Source: Alphaproteobacteria bacterium
GTDB taxonomy: Bacteria > Pseudomonadota > Alphaproteobacteria > MPNO01 > UBA830
Reading direction: 5' to 3'
Assembly: GCA_038146925.1 (NCBI GenBank)
Contig: JAYQSP010000008.1
Span: forward strand, 31,901 to 95,900
Length of the DNA: 64,000 bases
Below, piece after piece: positions 20,293-29,981 of this stretch. The translations under genes were made by a program, and so were the position numbers. The notes beneath the pieces were generated by a model. The model saw only the letters and a program-made list of their open reading frames with translations. It was not told the DNA's origin and ran no database searches. The number at the start of each line of letters is the position of its first letter. Position 1 is the first letter of the stretch.

Positions 20293-22020
20293 ATGCGCAG
20301 CACGTCGCCCAGAAAGATATTCTACGCGGTCACGGCACTCGCCGTCCTCACGGCGTGCGCGCCCGATGACGAGAAGCCGGCGGTGCAGTCTTCCGCGATC
20401 ATGACTGCTTCCGCGTCGCCGGCGGGGAACTACCTCGCCGGACGTCAGGCTCAGAAAAACCGCGATTTCGGCAATGCCTCCCGTTTTCTGGGGAAGGCAC
20501 TGGAAAAAACGCCGGATAACACGCTCTTGCTGCGCAATACCTTCCTGGCGCGGCTTGCTGACGGCGATATAACCGAAGCCGTTCCCATGGCGCGCGAAAT
20601 CGTGAAGCGTCAAAACTCAGCACCCATCGCCAAGCTGATCCTGCTCGTCGACGCCGTGGAACGGAACGACCTGCCCGGCGCCGGGCCGATGCTGGCGAAT
20701 TTCCCTGAACGCGGCTTCAGCGGTTTCCTGAAGCCATTGCTGACATCGTGGGTGATGGTTGGCGCCACAGACGGCTCGGATCCAATCGAAGCTTTGTCGC
20801 CGCTGAAGAATCAGTCCGGCCTGCGGGTACTGTACGAACTGCACGCGGCGTTGTTGTCGGATGCGGTCGGCCGGCCTGAGGAAGCGGAAAAGCACTACAA
20901 GTTTGCTGCGAAAAACGTTCGCCGCTCGACGTTGCGCGTGGTGCAGGGGTACGGGCAACACCTCGAACGTGCCGGGAAAACCGAACAGGCACGGCTTCTG
21001 TACGAGACCTACCTCAAGGAAAATCCGGATTCGGTCGTGCTCGGCCCGGCGATGGAGCGGCTCGACAAAGGCGAGAAGCCGGCATTGCTGGTGTCGGGTC
21101 CCGCAGAAGGTATCGCCGAGGCGCTTTTCAACATTGCAGGGACGATGACGCGGCAGAATTCCGCTCAGGATGCGTTGATTTTCGGTCAGCTGGCTCTTCA
21201 TCTGCGGCCGGATTTCGATCTGGCGCGGATGCTGGTCGCGGGCATTCTGGAATCGATGAACCGCAACGAAGACGCGATCGCCGCCTATCGTGAAATCGAT
21301 TCCCAATCGCCGTTTCACTGGTCGGCCCGGCTTCGTGTGGCGGGAAACCTGGAAGCGCTGGACCGTGACGACGACGCGATCGCTCTGTTGCAGATTCTGA
21401 CCCGCGAAGACGCGACCCGGCCGGAGCCCCTGGTCAGTCTGGGCGATCTGTTGCGGTCGAACAAACGGTTCGCCGAATCTGTCGCCGCCTACGACCGCGC
21501 GATCGAACTGCTGTCCGATCTCGACAAGCGTCACTGGACGATCCTGTATTCGCGCGGTATCTCGCTGGAACGCTCCAAGCAGTGGGAACGCGCCGAACGC
21601 GATTTCAAGCGTGCGCTCGAACTCAACCCCGATCAGCCATACGTATTGAACTATCTCGGCTATTCCTGGGTTGATCAGGGGATCAATCTCGGACCGGCGC
21701 GGGAGATGATCGAGCGCGCCGTCAAGTTGCGTCCCAACGACGGCTACATCGTCGACAGCCTGGGCTGGGTGCTGTATCGCCTGAAGGATTTCGAAGGCGC
21801 GGTCGAACACCTCGAACGGGCGGTGGAACTGCGGCCCAACGATCCCACGATCAACGATCACCTCGGCGACGCCTACTGGCGGGTCGGACGATACACCGAG
21901 GCGCGTTTTCAATGGCAGCGGGCATTGGCGCTGAAGCCGGAAGCAGATCAGATTTCGGCCATCGAAGACAAGCTGCAGCGTGGGCTGGCGGCGTCGGGCA
22001 GTAGCGAACAGGACAGCTGA
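20293..22020 (+). CDS. TPR-repeat lipoprotein
   Basis: Lipobox LTAC; VLNYLGYSW, GYIVDSLGW, INDHLGDAYW; conserved upstream of ispE. Confidence 0.88.
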   Translation: MRSTSPRKIFYAVTALAVLTACAPDDEKPAVQSSAIMTASASPAGNYLAGRQAQKNRDFGNASRFLGKALEKTPDNTLLLRNTFLARLADGDITEAVPMAREIVKRQNSAPIAKLILLVDAVERNDLPGAGPMLANFPERGFSGFLKPLLTSWVMVGATDGSDPIEALSPLKNQSGLRVLYELHAALLSDAVGRPEEAEKHYKFAAKNVRRSTLRVVQGYGQHLERAGKTEQARLLYETYLKENPDSVVLGPAMERLDKGEKPALLVSGPAEGIAEALFNIAGTMTRQNSAQDALIFGQLALHLRPDFDLARMLVAGILESMNRNEDAIAAYREIDSQSPFHWSARLRVAGNLEALDRDDDAIALLQILTREDATRPEPLVSLGDLLRSNKRFAESVAAYDRAIELLSDLDKRHWTILYSRGISLERSKQWERAERDFKRALELNPDQPYVLNYLGYSWVDQGINLGPAREMIERAVKLRPNDGYIVDSLGWVLYRLKDFEGAVEHLERAVELRPNDPTINDHLGDAYWRVGRYTEARFQWQRALALKPEADQISAIEDKLQRGLAASGSSEQDS

Positions 22021-22026
22021 GTTCGC

Positions 22027-22923
22027 GTGCCGGTCACCGATCAACGCCTGGCCCTCGACGCACCGGCCAAAATCAATCTCTATCTTCATGTCGTCGGACG
22101 CCGCGACGACGGCTACCATCTGCTCGACAGTCTGGTCGCTTTCACGGAGTACGGCGACCGACTTATCGCCCGTCCTGCGGACGATCTGACGCTCCGTATC
22201 GAGGGGCCGTTCGGCCGCGGTCTGGCCGGAGCCGGCGGCGACAATCTGATCCTTCGGGCCGCCCGGGCTCTTCAGGACGCGTCAGGCGTGCGCGCCGGTG
22301 CGGCGCTCACGCTCGTCAAAAACCTTCCGGTGTCGTCGGGGATCGGCGGCGGCTCAACGGATGCGGCCGCGACGCTGCGCCTTCTCGCGCAGCTTTGGGG
22401 GTTGAACATCGATGACGCGCGCTTGTCGGACATCGGCCTGCCCATCGGGGCCGATGTGCCGGTCTGCGTCGCGGGCGTGACCTGCAGCATGAGAGGTATC
22501 GGAGAAAAGATCGTCCCGGTCGATCCGGTGCCATACTGCGCGGTGGTGCTGGTCAACGGTGGGGAAGCCGTATCGACGCCGGCCGTCTTCGCCGCGCGTC
22601 GGGGCGATTTCTCGAACGGTGCCGAATGGGAGACGCCGGACGATTTCAATCCCTTCGTCGCCGGGCTTCGAACCCGTAGGAACGATCTGGCACCTGCTGC
22701 GCGCACGGTGTCGCCTGTCATCGACGACGTCCTGGCGTCACTGGAGAGTACCGAAGGGTGCGCGCTGGCCCGGTTGTCGGGAAGCGGCGGGACCTGTTTC
22801 GGCCTGTTCGCAGATCAGTCGCGCGCGGAACGGGCGGTGATGGACATCCGTTCCAGCCATCCGGCGTGGTGGAGCGTGTCAACACATTTTCGCGCAACAC
22901 GCGCGGAAATATATCCAGAGTAA
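22027..22923 (+). CDS. ispE: 4-diphosphocytidyl-2-C-methyl-D-erythritol kinase
   Basis: APAKINLYLHV.GRRDDGYH, KNLPVSSGIGGGSTDAAA, GADVPVC, LSGSG.TCF. Confidence 0.95.
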   Translation: MPVTDQRLALDAPAKINLYLHVVGRRDDGYHLLDSLVAFTEYGDRLIARPADDLTLRIEGPFGRGLAGAGGDNLILRAARALQDASGVRAGAALTLVKNLPVSSGIGGGSTDAAATLRLLAQLWGLNIDDARLSDIGLPIGADVPVCVAGVTCSMRGIGEKIVPVDPVPYCAVVLVNGGEAVSTPAVFAARRGDFSNGAEWETPDDFNPFVAGLRTRRNDLAPAARTVSPVIDDVLASLESTEGCALARLSGSGGTCFGLFADQSRAERAVMDIRSSHPAWWSVSTHFRATRAEIYPE

Positions 22924-22937
22924 GAGACGCTTTGCGG

Positions 22938-23490
22938 TTACTGTTTGCCCGACATCGTCGCGGCGACCGCGCGGAGATCTTCCAGCAGTTCCCGGCTCGC
23001 TTTTCCGTCTGTCTCCAACCCTGCGAACTGCTGATACAGCTTGATGGCATTGGTCGTGCGCCGGCCCAGGCTGCCATCCACCGGGCCCGGGTTAAAGTTC
23101 ATCGCATCCAGCAGCGTCTGGATCTCAATGATTTCCTGTTTGCCGATCGGTTTGGCGGCGGCCGCCGCGGCAGGCGGCGGTTCCTTCGGCGCATCGGCCG
23201 CCCGCGCGGCCAGACGGGTTTCGATACGGCGCAGTCTTTCGGGCGCCTGGGCGTCGCCCTGGGCCGCGGCGCGCTCGAACCATCTGCGCGCCTGCTCCAG
23301 GTCGGGCTCGCCGGTTGTAAATCCGAGTTCGTATAACGACATGAGGCTGAACTACGATGTGCTCAATTCCGCCTAGGTGGCCTCGGTCATTCACTACTAC
23401 ATGCGGGTAATTGATCTTGGTTCCCCGTTCGTCCGCATAGGCGGCGGCCAAATTGTGCTGGTTGCGCGCCCCGTCGGCGATTCCTTGGAA
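22938..23490 (-). pseudogene. Decayed Sel1-repeat + peptidoglycan-binding domain gene (3' ORF 22938-23342 still open)
   Basis: ORF has DLEQARRWFERAAAQGD and IQTLL...FNPGPVDG.LG.RT. Upstream in frame it reads EAT*AELSTS*FSLMSLYE, and another frame has NQHNLAAAYADERGTKINY, both Sel1-like with stops or a frameshift. Confidence 0.7.
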
Positions 23491-23640
23491 GGCACATGGC
23501 ATATTCAGATCAACCACGGGCCGACTACACCTGAAAATAATTGAATGCGTGACCGGAACGTGACGCACCATCTTTTCGAAAATCCGAAGGCGAACGTTGC
23601 ATCAAAGCCCTGTGATCCGATATGTTCGCAACGCGCTTGA

Positions 23641-23715
23641 TGGGGCGTAGCCAAGTGGTAAGGCAACGGGTTTTGATCCCGTGATTCGCAGGTTCGATCC
23701 CTGCCGCCCCAGCCA
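23641..23715 (+). tRNA. tRNA-Gln(TTG)
   Basis: TGGGGCG acceptor stem, anticodon arm ACGGG-TTTTGAT-CCCGT, GGTTCGATCC T-loop, encoded CCA. Confidence 0.97.
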
Positions 23716-23768
23716 GCGACTCGCCCCTCGATAGAAGATATCGGGCAGGTCTGCTTTGTCGACCGCTT

Positions 23769-24190
23769 TCAATAAGCGTGTCTGAGCTGCTGCTGAAGAG
23801 CTTTCTGATCCGGCTCTTTCAAGAAATTCTGGCAGACTCCCGACCAGGTGAAGCTGATCGAGTTGCCGACGATATCCACATCGTATTTGTTATGGGCATC
23901 GGCATTCGGCGCCCATTTCACCAAAGCCCTAAGGCCGGCGGCAAAATTGTTCCGGTCGAGGGTGTCTTTTTTCCAGTCAGTCTGGCCGACCCGGACGGAA
24001 AAGATTTCGATTCTGTCGTCGATGTCGAATTCCTCGGACAGCTATTCTGAATTATTGGAAAATGAGCTGGTAAGGCAATCCAGCGCCGCTATGCAGAATG
24101 CCGCTTTGTCCCGCGGAGCACCCGTCTATGCCTGCGCCAGTTCGTCGAAGGCCGGTTATAAATTCACGTCCTTTCGGACCGCATTTATAT
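23769..24190 (-). pseudogene. Decayed gene fragment of unknown family
   Basis: One minus frame reads protein-like over ~140 codons (EEFDIDDRIEIFSVRVGQTDWKK...KYDVDIVGNSISFTW) with host-like codons but three in-frame TAA/TAG stops. Confidence 0.5.
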
Positions 24191-24215
24191 GAAATTCAGA
24201 CTTATCTATCCTTTT

Positions 24216-25073
24216 TTAATATTCCTTGGCCTTGCGGAATGTTTGGGCCTCACGGAGGCGAAATAAGCCATCTGACAAGACCATATGCGGCACGGTCAAT
24301 CCGGCAAGTCCAATGAAAACTACCCTAAGCAAAGCTGATTCTAGAGGCATTGCCAAGGCACACCACCACCAAGCAACGCCGCCCGCACTCCAACTTACTA
24401 AAGTTAATAGCAATGCCTGGGTGTAAAGCGTACGCCTCAGCATGATTGTTTGGACCGATTGCCAAATGCGCCTCATATGTCGAGGAGAATGTATACAGCA
24501 AAAATAAAACGCGAAGCCGACGAGTGGAGGTACTTGCGAAAATAATATGAGCAATAGTGAAAGTTCTAAAAACCCGGCCCGCCAGCGATTGGTCCGAAGT
24601 GCCCGCCACCCATAGATACCTAATGACACCACCATGATCGCGGAAAATATGTCAATTGCAATCCAGACAGGACTAGTCATATCGCCAGAAAGAAAGGCGA
24701 AAACCTTATCAACTGCGGCCCTATGACTTTGGCTGATGCCCGCTACAACAACACCCCCATGGGCGAATGTCTGTACCCACCTAAACCATCCGCCGCTGAC
24801 ACGTGCATCGCCAAAACCAAAGTGGATAATGCTTATAGCTAAAAACATTATCAATGACGCGGCAGGGAACAACAGCCAAAGACAAACAAATAAAATAGCA
24901 AGCCCGATGTAGAGCGCAGCAAAACCCAAAAAAAATGTTAAGCGCCTAGAATGACCCAAATAGGTTGCAACCGCTCCGTCAAAAGCACCATGCGGCAAGC
25001 CAATTACTACCACAGCCATAACGGCTACCAGATTAGCTATGCCGAAATTGGCAATAAGAGTTTCTAGTGCCAT
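24216..25073 (-). CDS. blh: Beta-carotene 15,15'-dioxygenase (Brp/Blh family)
   Basis: IGLPHGAFD, SIIHFG, YFCCIHSPRH, LTVPHM; membrane protein at the end of the crt operon. Confidence 0.93.
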   Translation of the reverse strand: MALETLIANFGIANLVAVMAVVVIGLPHGAFDGAVATYLGHSRRLTFFLGFAALYIGLAILFVCLWLLFPAASLIMFLAISIIHFGFGDARVSGGWFRWVQTFAHGGVVVAGISQSHRAAVDKVFAFLSGDMTSPVWIAIDIFSAIMVVSLGIYGWRALRTNRWRAGFLELSLLLILFSQVPPLVGFAFYFCCIHSPRHMRRIWQSVQTIMLRRTLYTQALLLTLVSWSAGGVAWWWCALAMPLESALLRVVFIGLAGLTVPHMVLSDGLFRLREAQTFRKAKEY

Positions 25074-25078
25074 TCGCT

Positions 25079-26254
25079 CTATCTAGTTGGCGCTTTAGAG
25101 CGGGGGTAGTTCGGTGCCAGTCCCGACCAGTCCAGCAGATACAATGCCGTTGCTTTGAAAAACACCCATTTAGGCATCGATAGAACCACTTTCACCCTTA
25201 GTTTCCAGTTAGCTTCACCGCTAAGGAAGAGCGCAAATTCATCGCCACTAAGCTCGCGTCCCATCCGCAGAAATAACTCAGCTGCCACACTAGGCCAATT
25301 GCGCAAAACAGTGACAAACAGCTCATCCATCCAAAGATCAACCGGTTTATGGGGGCACCTCACCAGCAATGGCGATCCATGCGGAGTATCTTCAGCATTA
25401 GCGGCAGCAAGCGTCGCTGCAATTTGTTTTTGGATAAATGAAAAGGCATAACCGCTAGAAGGCCGAACCGCCCCACCATTGGCGCCAATCCCAGTATAAG
25501 CCGAAACTTTATTTGGTAACCGGCCAAGCGGTATGGCACCGGCTTCGGTGCTGGTAATTTGAAATTTTTCTACTCCATGTTCTGCGAATAGATAGTCTCG
25601 AATTGCAGACTCAAAAAAAATATCTGGTTCGCGGTGTTCGGCAAACATCGTAGATTCAACAAGCGCAGAGCTGGTCGAAAACGGCAACAGGTAAATGAAA
25701 TGTATGCCGCGCGATTGATCGCACCTAAAATCCATTAAGATTGCGGTTGTTGGATCAAAACTGCCGCTTGCTGCCTTTACCTCCCAGCCGATGAAATGTT
25801 GGATCATCTGGCCATTAGGCAGCTGGGGGGGGCGGCTATCAAGAATCTGAGCCGCGGGATCAGGTTTTACGACATTTTGAGAGGCAAATTCCACACCATG
25901 CTTGGCTGCCTGCTGGCGGCAATGCGTCTCCCATATGCGCCGTTGCAGCGCGTGATAGCTATGAACTACCGAAGTCATAACCACGCTGCCCGCCGACGTT
26001 TTAATAGACCACTTTGACCATTTATGCCGGGCCAGCCCAGCGGCTACCTCTAATCCTTTAACCCTCCAAAACCCCCAGACATGGTCTTTGACCCTGGGGG
26101 CATTTTTAGGGGTGATAACGGTAATTCTGTGGTGCGGCAACGCATTCGCTTGGGCGGCAAGTGATAGACCTGCGCACCCATCCCCCAGGACATGAACTGG
26201 TTGAGTCAGATGCAGCGTGTCGCGCCTGGCCGATTCGACCAGCCTAGCTAGCAT
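25079..26254 (-). CDS. crtY: Lycopene beta-cyclase
   Basis: VLGDGCAGLSLA, QHFIGWEV, LMDFR.DQ..GIHFIYLLPFS...ALVEST, RPSSGYAF. Confidence 0.9.
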   Translation of the reverse strand: MLARLVESARRDTLHLTQPVHVLGDGCAGLSLAAQANALPHHRITVITPKNAPRVKDHVWGFWRVKGLEVAAGLARHKWSKWSIKTSAGSVVMTSVVHSYHALQRRIWETHCRQQAAKHGVEFASQNVVKPDPAAQILDSRPPQLPNGQMIQHFIGWEVKAASGSFDPTTAILMDFRCDQSRGIHFIYLLPFSTSSALVESTMFAEHREPDIFFESAIRDYLFAEHGVEKFQITSTEAGAIPLGRLPNKVSAYTGIGANGGAVRPSSGYAFSFIQKQIAATLAAANAEDTPHGSPLLVRCPHKPVDLWMDELFVTVLRNWPSVAAELFLRMGRELSGDEFALFLSGEANWKLRVKVVLSMPKWVFFKATALYLLDWSGLAPNYPRSKAPTR

Positions 26255-27164
26255 GTGGCAGCCCTTTCAGGTGAATATGTAACTCCTGATCGTGGGGTCC
26301 GGGGTGCGACATTATACGTGTTGGAAGACTGCTAAACGCAATTATTGAACAGCACAATTTTGAAGTTTTACTGGTGACTTGGCGCCCCTCATGCCAAGCG
26401 TATCCGCGTCTAGCCAGCTGGACTCCAATTTGGCGGTAAATCAGCCCCGCCACAGCGATACCCAGATGCGCTCGCCACGGTAAATATCGATACCCACGCG
26501 CTCCGCTCATGTAAAATTTATCTGCGAGTTTTAATAACCGTTTTACTGCGGCACGAACTTGTTGCGCGGCCAGTCCATCCGGTTCCCTAGCCGCAAGGCA
26601 GATTGCGTCAGGTGACAAATCATTTACCCACTCACCAGGAATGTATCGACGCCCCATTAGGGCATCCTCAAAAACGTCGCGGGCGATATTTGTTAATTGC
26701 ATTCCGATCCCGAGGTCAACGGCATAAGCTTTGGCCTTCGTATCAGCGCACTCCAACACGTCACACATCAGCAATCCAACGGTTCCCGCAACTCGATAGG
26801 CATAGACGAGCAAATCTGCTTCACCTGAGAGACAAACCTCATTAGCCGAGTCCTGAAGCAGTCCTTCTATTAAAGCAGTCAGAACGTCTTGCGAGAATTT
26901 CATATCACGCATAAAGGGCTGAAACTTGGAAAAGGCCGGATCATCGCTGGATCGATTTTGGCTGAGGTCTGCATGAATAATTTTCAGACGCTCGGTCCCA
27001 TCAGGAACATCGCTATCAGCCATATCATCCAAAAGGCGGCAAAAAGCATAGAGACGCGCCGCATTATGCCCCATCCGGCTACCAAGAAATCGACTCGCCC
27101 AATAAAAGCTTTTGCCGTTTGACCTCAACGAATCCTGAGGTTCTAACTTTTCGTTAGAAATCAT
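26244..27164 (-). CDS. crtB: Phytoene synthase
   Basis: GKSFYWAS, LYAFCRLLDDMAD, YRVAGTVGLLM, LGIGMQLTNIARDV.ED...GRRYIP. Confidence 0.94.
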   Translation of the reverse strand: MISNEKLEPQDSLRSNGKSFYWASRFLGSRMGHNAARLYAFCRLLDDMADSDVPDGTERLKIIHADLSQNRSSDDPAFSKFQPFMRDMKFSQDVLTALIEGLLQDSANEVCLSGEADLLVYAYRVAGTVGLLMCDVLECADTKAKAYAVDLGIGMQLTNIARDVFEDALMGRRYIPGEWVNDLSPDAICLAAREPDGLAAQQVRAAVKRLLKLADKFYMSGARGYRYLPWRAHLGIAVAGLIYRQIGVQLARRGYAWHEGRQVTSKTSKLCCSIIAFSSLPTRIMSHPGPHDQELHIHLKGLPHAS

Positions 27165-27211
27165 TCAGATATCTTTTAACCATGATCGACGCCAGAAGAA
27201 TGGTATCTTAG

Positions 27212-28741
27212 CTATCGAGGCTTAAGCGCCTGCTCTTCTTCATCAATAAGTGCTCTAACTACTTTAGCAGAACACAGTACGCCGGGTATTCCCGCACCTG
27301 GATGTGTACCCGCACCAGCAAAATACAGGTTTGGGATATGTGGGTCGCGATTGTGATAACGAAACCAAGCTGATTGTGAAAAAATTGGAGAAATTGAAAA
27401 TCCTGCACCGTGCATTGATCGGTAATCGGACTTAAAATCTTCGGGTGTCATCCAGAAATCATCGCTAATTACGTCTTCCAATCCGGGCATCATGGATTTA
27501 CTGAGAGCGGCGACAATTCGATTGCGCAAATCTGGACCCTTGACTTTCCAATCCACATTACCGAGCAAATTTGGCACTGGACACAAAGCATAAAAACTAT
27601 CGCACCCTTCTGGAGCAAAGCGAGTGTCAGTCGCAGTTGGTCTGTGCAAGTACAGTGAAAAGTCATCTGCCAGCACTTTGCGGTCAAAAATATCGGCGAG
27701 TAATTCCTTATAGCGTGGCCCCATCCAAATGGTGTGATGTGCGACATCGCTATATTGCTTTCGGGTTCCAAAAAACAACACATACAAACCCATAGAATAC
27801 TGCGTCATCGATTCAGGGAGCGCACGCTTTCTCTGGTTCGCACCGGGTAACATCTGGGAATAGACCGTTGGCGGATCACCGTTACAAATAATCCGCTCTG
27901 CCGCAAAAACTTGGCCATCAACGGCGCGGGCACCCGTTGCGCGGCCCTCGTGAAGGCTGATTTCCGCGATATCTATGCCCAACCGTACTTCCACCCCGAC
28001 CCGTCTAAGCAAAGAGTGTAACTCCGTCACCAGCTTGCCAGTCCCACCCATACAAAAGAACACACCCCAGCGGCGTTCGAGATAGTGGATCAGGCTGTAG
28101 ATAGAAGTAGTGGTGAATGGATTTCCGCCAACCAGCAATGGATGAATTGAGAAAGCCTGCCGTAATAATGGATGCTTTATATGACTGTTAACGATCCCCG
28201 CAACTGTCCTGTAGCTACTTAATCGCAACAGCGACGGCACCTGCGCTGCCATCGTCCAGAATTTAACAAAAGGCCTCGCTGCAAGTTTCTCAAAACCAAC
28301 CTCAAAAATATCCTTTGAGGTTTGCAGTAGCTTAGCGTAGCCCGATACATCGGGCGCATGAAACCGCCTAATCTCGGCATTCGTATCCTCAATCGATGGG
28401 CGATAGTCAAACTGACGGCCATCATGAAAATGAAACCGATACCATGGATCAAGTGGCTTGAAATCAAGGTGTTCTTCGCGGCGCTCTCCAAATAATGCGA
28501 ATAACTCATCAAATAAGAATGGCGCAGTAATAACTGTTGGCCCAGCATCATGTCGAAAGCCACCTTTTTCGAAAACCTGAGCGCGGCCACCTATCGCTTG
28601 CAGTCTGTCAACCAACGTAACCGAATAGCCTTTAGCACGCATTTGTAGGGCGACCGCAATCCCGCCAAAGCCAGCTCCAATCACCAAAATGTCGCTCTTG
28701 TGCCTTAGAGATTGGTCAGAAATATCACTGGAAGAACTGAT
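27212..28741 (-). CDS. crtI: Phytoene desaturase (start probably non-canonical ATC at 28741; first TTG is at 28687)
   Basis: ILVIGAGFGG, DAGPTVIT, HPLLVGGNPF, DDFSLYLH.P, GAGTHPGAGIPGVLCSA. Confidence 0.94.
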   Translation of the reverse strand: MSSSSDISDQSLRHKSDILVIGAGFGGIAVALQMRAKGYSVTLVDRLQAIGGRAQVFEKGGFRHDAGPTVITAPFLFDELFALFGERREEHLDFKPLDPWYRFHFHDGRQFDYRPSIEDTNAEIRRFHAPDVSGYAKLLQTSKDIFEVGFEKLAARPFVKFWTMAAQVPSLLRLSSYRTVAGIVNSHIKHPLLRQAFSIHPLLVGGNPFTTTSIYSLIHYLERRWGVFFCMGGTGKLVTELHSLLRRVGVEVRLGIDIAEISLHEGRATGARAVDGQVFAAERIICNGDPPTVYSQMLPGANQRKRALPESMTQYSMGLYVLFFGTRKQYSDVAHHTIWMGPRYKELLADIFDRKVLADDFSLYLHRPTATDTRFAPEGCDSFYALCPVPNLLGNVDWKVKGPDLRNRIVAALSKSMMPGLEDVISDDFWMTPEDFKSDYRSMHGAGFSISPIFSQSAWFRYHNRDPHIPNLYFAGAGTHPGAGIPGVLCSAKVVRALIDEEEQALKPR

Positions 28742-28770
28742 AGGTTTCTCCCGTAGTTTCTCTGGAATGG

Positions 28771-29823
28771 TTATTTCGCGTTGTATGAAGACACGACGAG
28801 ATGTGGTGATAGCGCGGTGGCTGGTTTTTTACAAATTTGCTGCAGCATTTGTTGAACCGGCATAATCACGTTGACGAGCTCGGCGGGCTGCGCCGCTGCC
28901 AGCTCCTCGCTCTCCCGCAGCATTTTGAGCATCTTTTGAGCCGCAAAATGCATAGCAGAAGACTCGATGATCTTGCTTTGCCACGCTTTAAGATTAACAT
29001 TGCAGTCGGCCTCATACCAATTTTCAAAATCGGCTTTTATCGGCTCATCCAGCATCTCATGGTAGAGCACAGTAACCGCATTTGGTCTGCGCCGTCCGAG
29101 GTCTGAAGCAATGGCCTCGGCGCCATCGTCACCCATAAAATTGAGAATATCATTAGCGATCTGGTAGGCGTTTCCGAGACATCGGAAATAGGCGCCTATG
29201 CTTGTCATCATACCGCCATGTAGTCCCATATTAAGCACGCCTTCCAATGGTGCTGTTAATAAAGGGGCTGTTTTATCGGCAGAAATTTGTAAATAGTCAC
29301 GCCAACTACATATTCGCTGCATATCGAATTCACATGCCTCTCCGAGGGTCGTTATTTTCATGTGACTGGCTAGGATTTTGACGAGAATTGGGGTGTGCGA
29401 CCGTTGTGCCGCTTCCGCCGCTAGTTCAAATGACAAGGCAATCATCCAGTCACCCAGAGCTAATGCAACATTACTGCCGTATTGCGCATAGACCGAAGGG
29501 CGTCCTCGACGGAACTGGTCGCCGTCGCATATGTCATCATGGACTAATGACGCATTATGCATCACTTCAACTGCGACCGCCCAATGCAATGCTGCTGCCT
29601 CGTCAACAGACAGCGCAGATGCTGCCCTTAACGCCATTTTTGCTCGCAGCATCTTGCCGGTCTTGGTGAAGTGATAGGCCGCGGCTTCAGCAAGGGGTTG
29701 CCCCGGGTTCGGAAGACGGGATGCGACGAAGCTAACTAAATAATCACTGGCAGAAGTTCGTAATAAAGAGGCCGGCTCGTTGTCTGCAAGGTGGTCACTC
29801 ACCGCTGGTGACAAATCTTTCAT
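28771..29823 (-). CDS. crtE: Geranylgeranyl pyrophosphate synthase
   Basis: GKMLR, VEVMHNASLVHDDICDGD..RRGRPS, KTAPL, YQIANDILN; first gene of the crt block. Confidence 0.9.
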   Translation of the reverse strand: MKDLSPAVSDHLADNEPASLLRTSASDYLVSFVASRLPNPGQPLAEAAAYHFTKTGKMLRAKMALRAASALSVDEAAALHWAVAVEVMHNASLVHDDICDGDQFRRGRPSVYAQYGSNVALALGDWMIALSFELAAEAAQRSHTPILVKILASHMKITTLGEACEFDMQRICSWRDYLQISADKTAPLLTAPLEGVLNMGLHGGMMTSIGAYFRCLGNAYQIANDILNFMGDDGAEAIASDLGRRRPNAVTVLYHEMLDEPIKADFENWYEADCNVNLKAWQSKIIESSAMHFAAQKMLKMLRESEELAAAQPAELVNVIMPVQQMLQQICKKPATALSPHLVVSSYNAK

Positions 29824-29941
29824 GGTGCCTGCCTGGTTATTTTATCGTATTTTCCCGTTCGGCGTCGCTGGACACTCCACAGATGGGACGGGTTCCATTT
29901 ACGGTTAATAAATAATTTCGGCGGAGTGTTTGTGACAAATT

Positions 29942-29974
29942 AAAAAAGAAGGGGCGGCCTAATTAGGCCACCCC
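29942..29974 (-). terminator. Rho-independent terminator of the proteorhodopsin gene
   Basis: Minus strand GGGGTGGCCT-AATT-AGGCCGCCCC followed by TTCTTTTTT. Confidence 0.85.
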
Positions 29975-29981
29975 AACTATT

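Noticed and set aside
22938-24190. Stop-codon recoding (TAG/TAA read as Gln) in the interrupted frames near tRNA-Gln
   Set aside because: Frameshifts and other degenerate substitutions accompany the stops, and intact genes use TAG/TAA as normal stops, so pseudogenisation is simpler.
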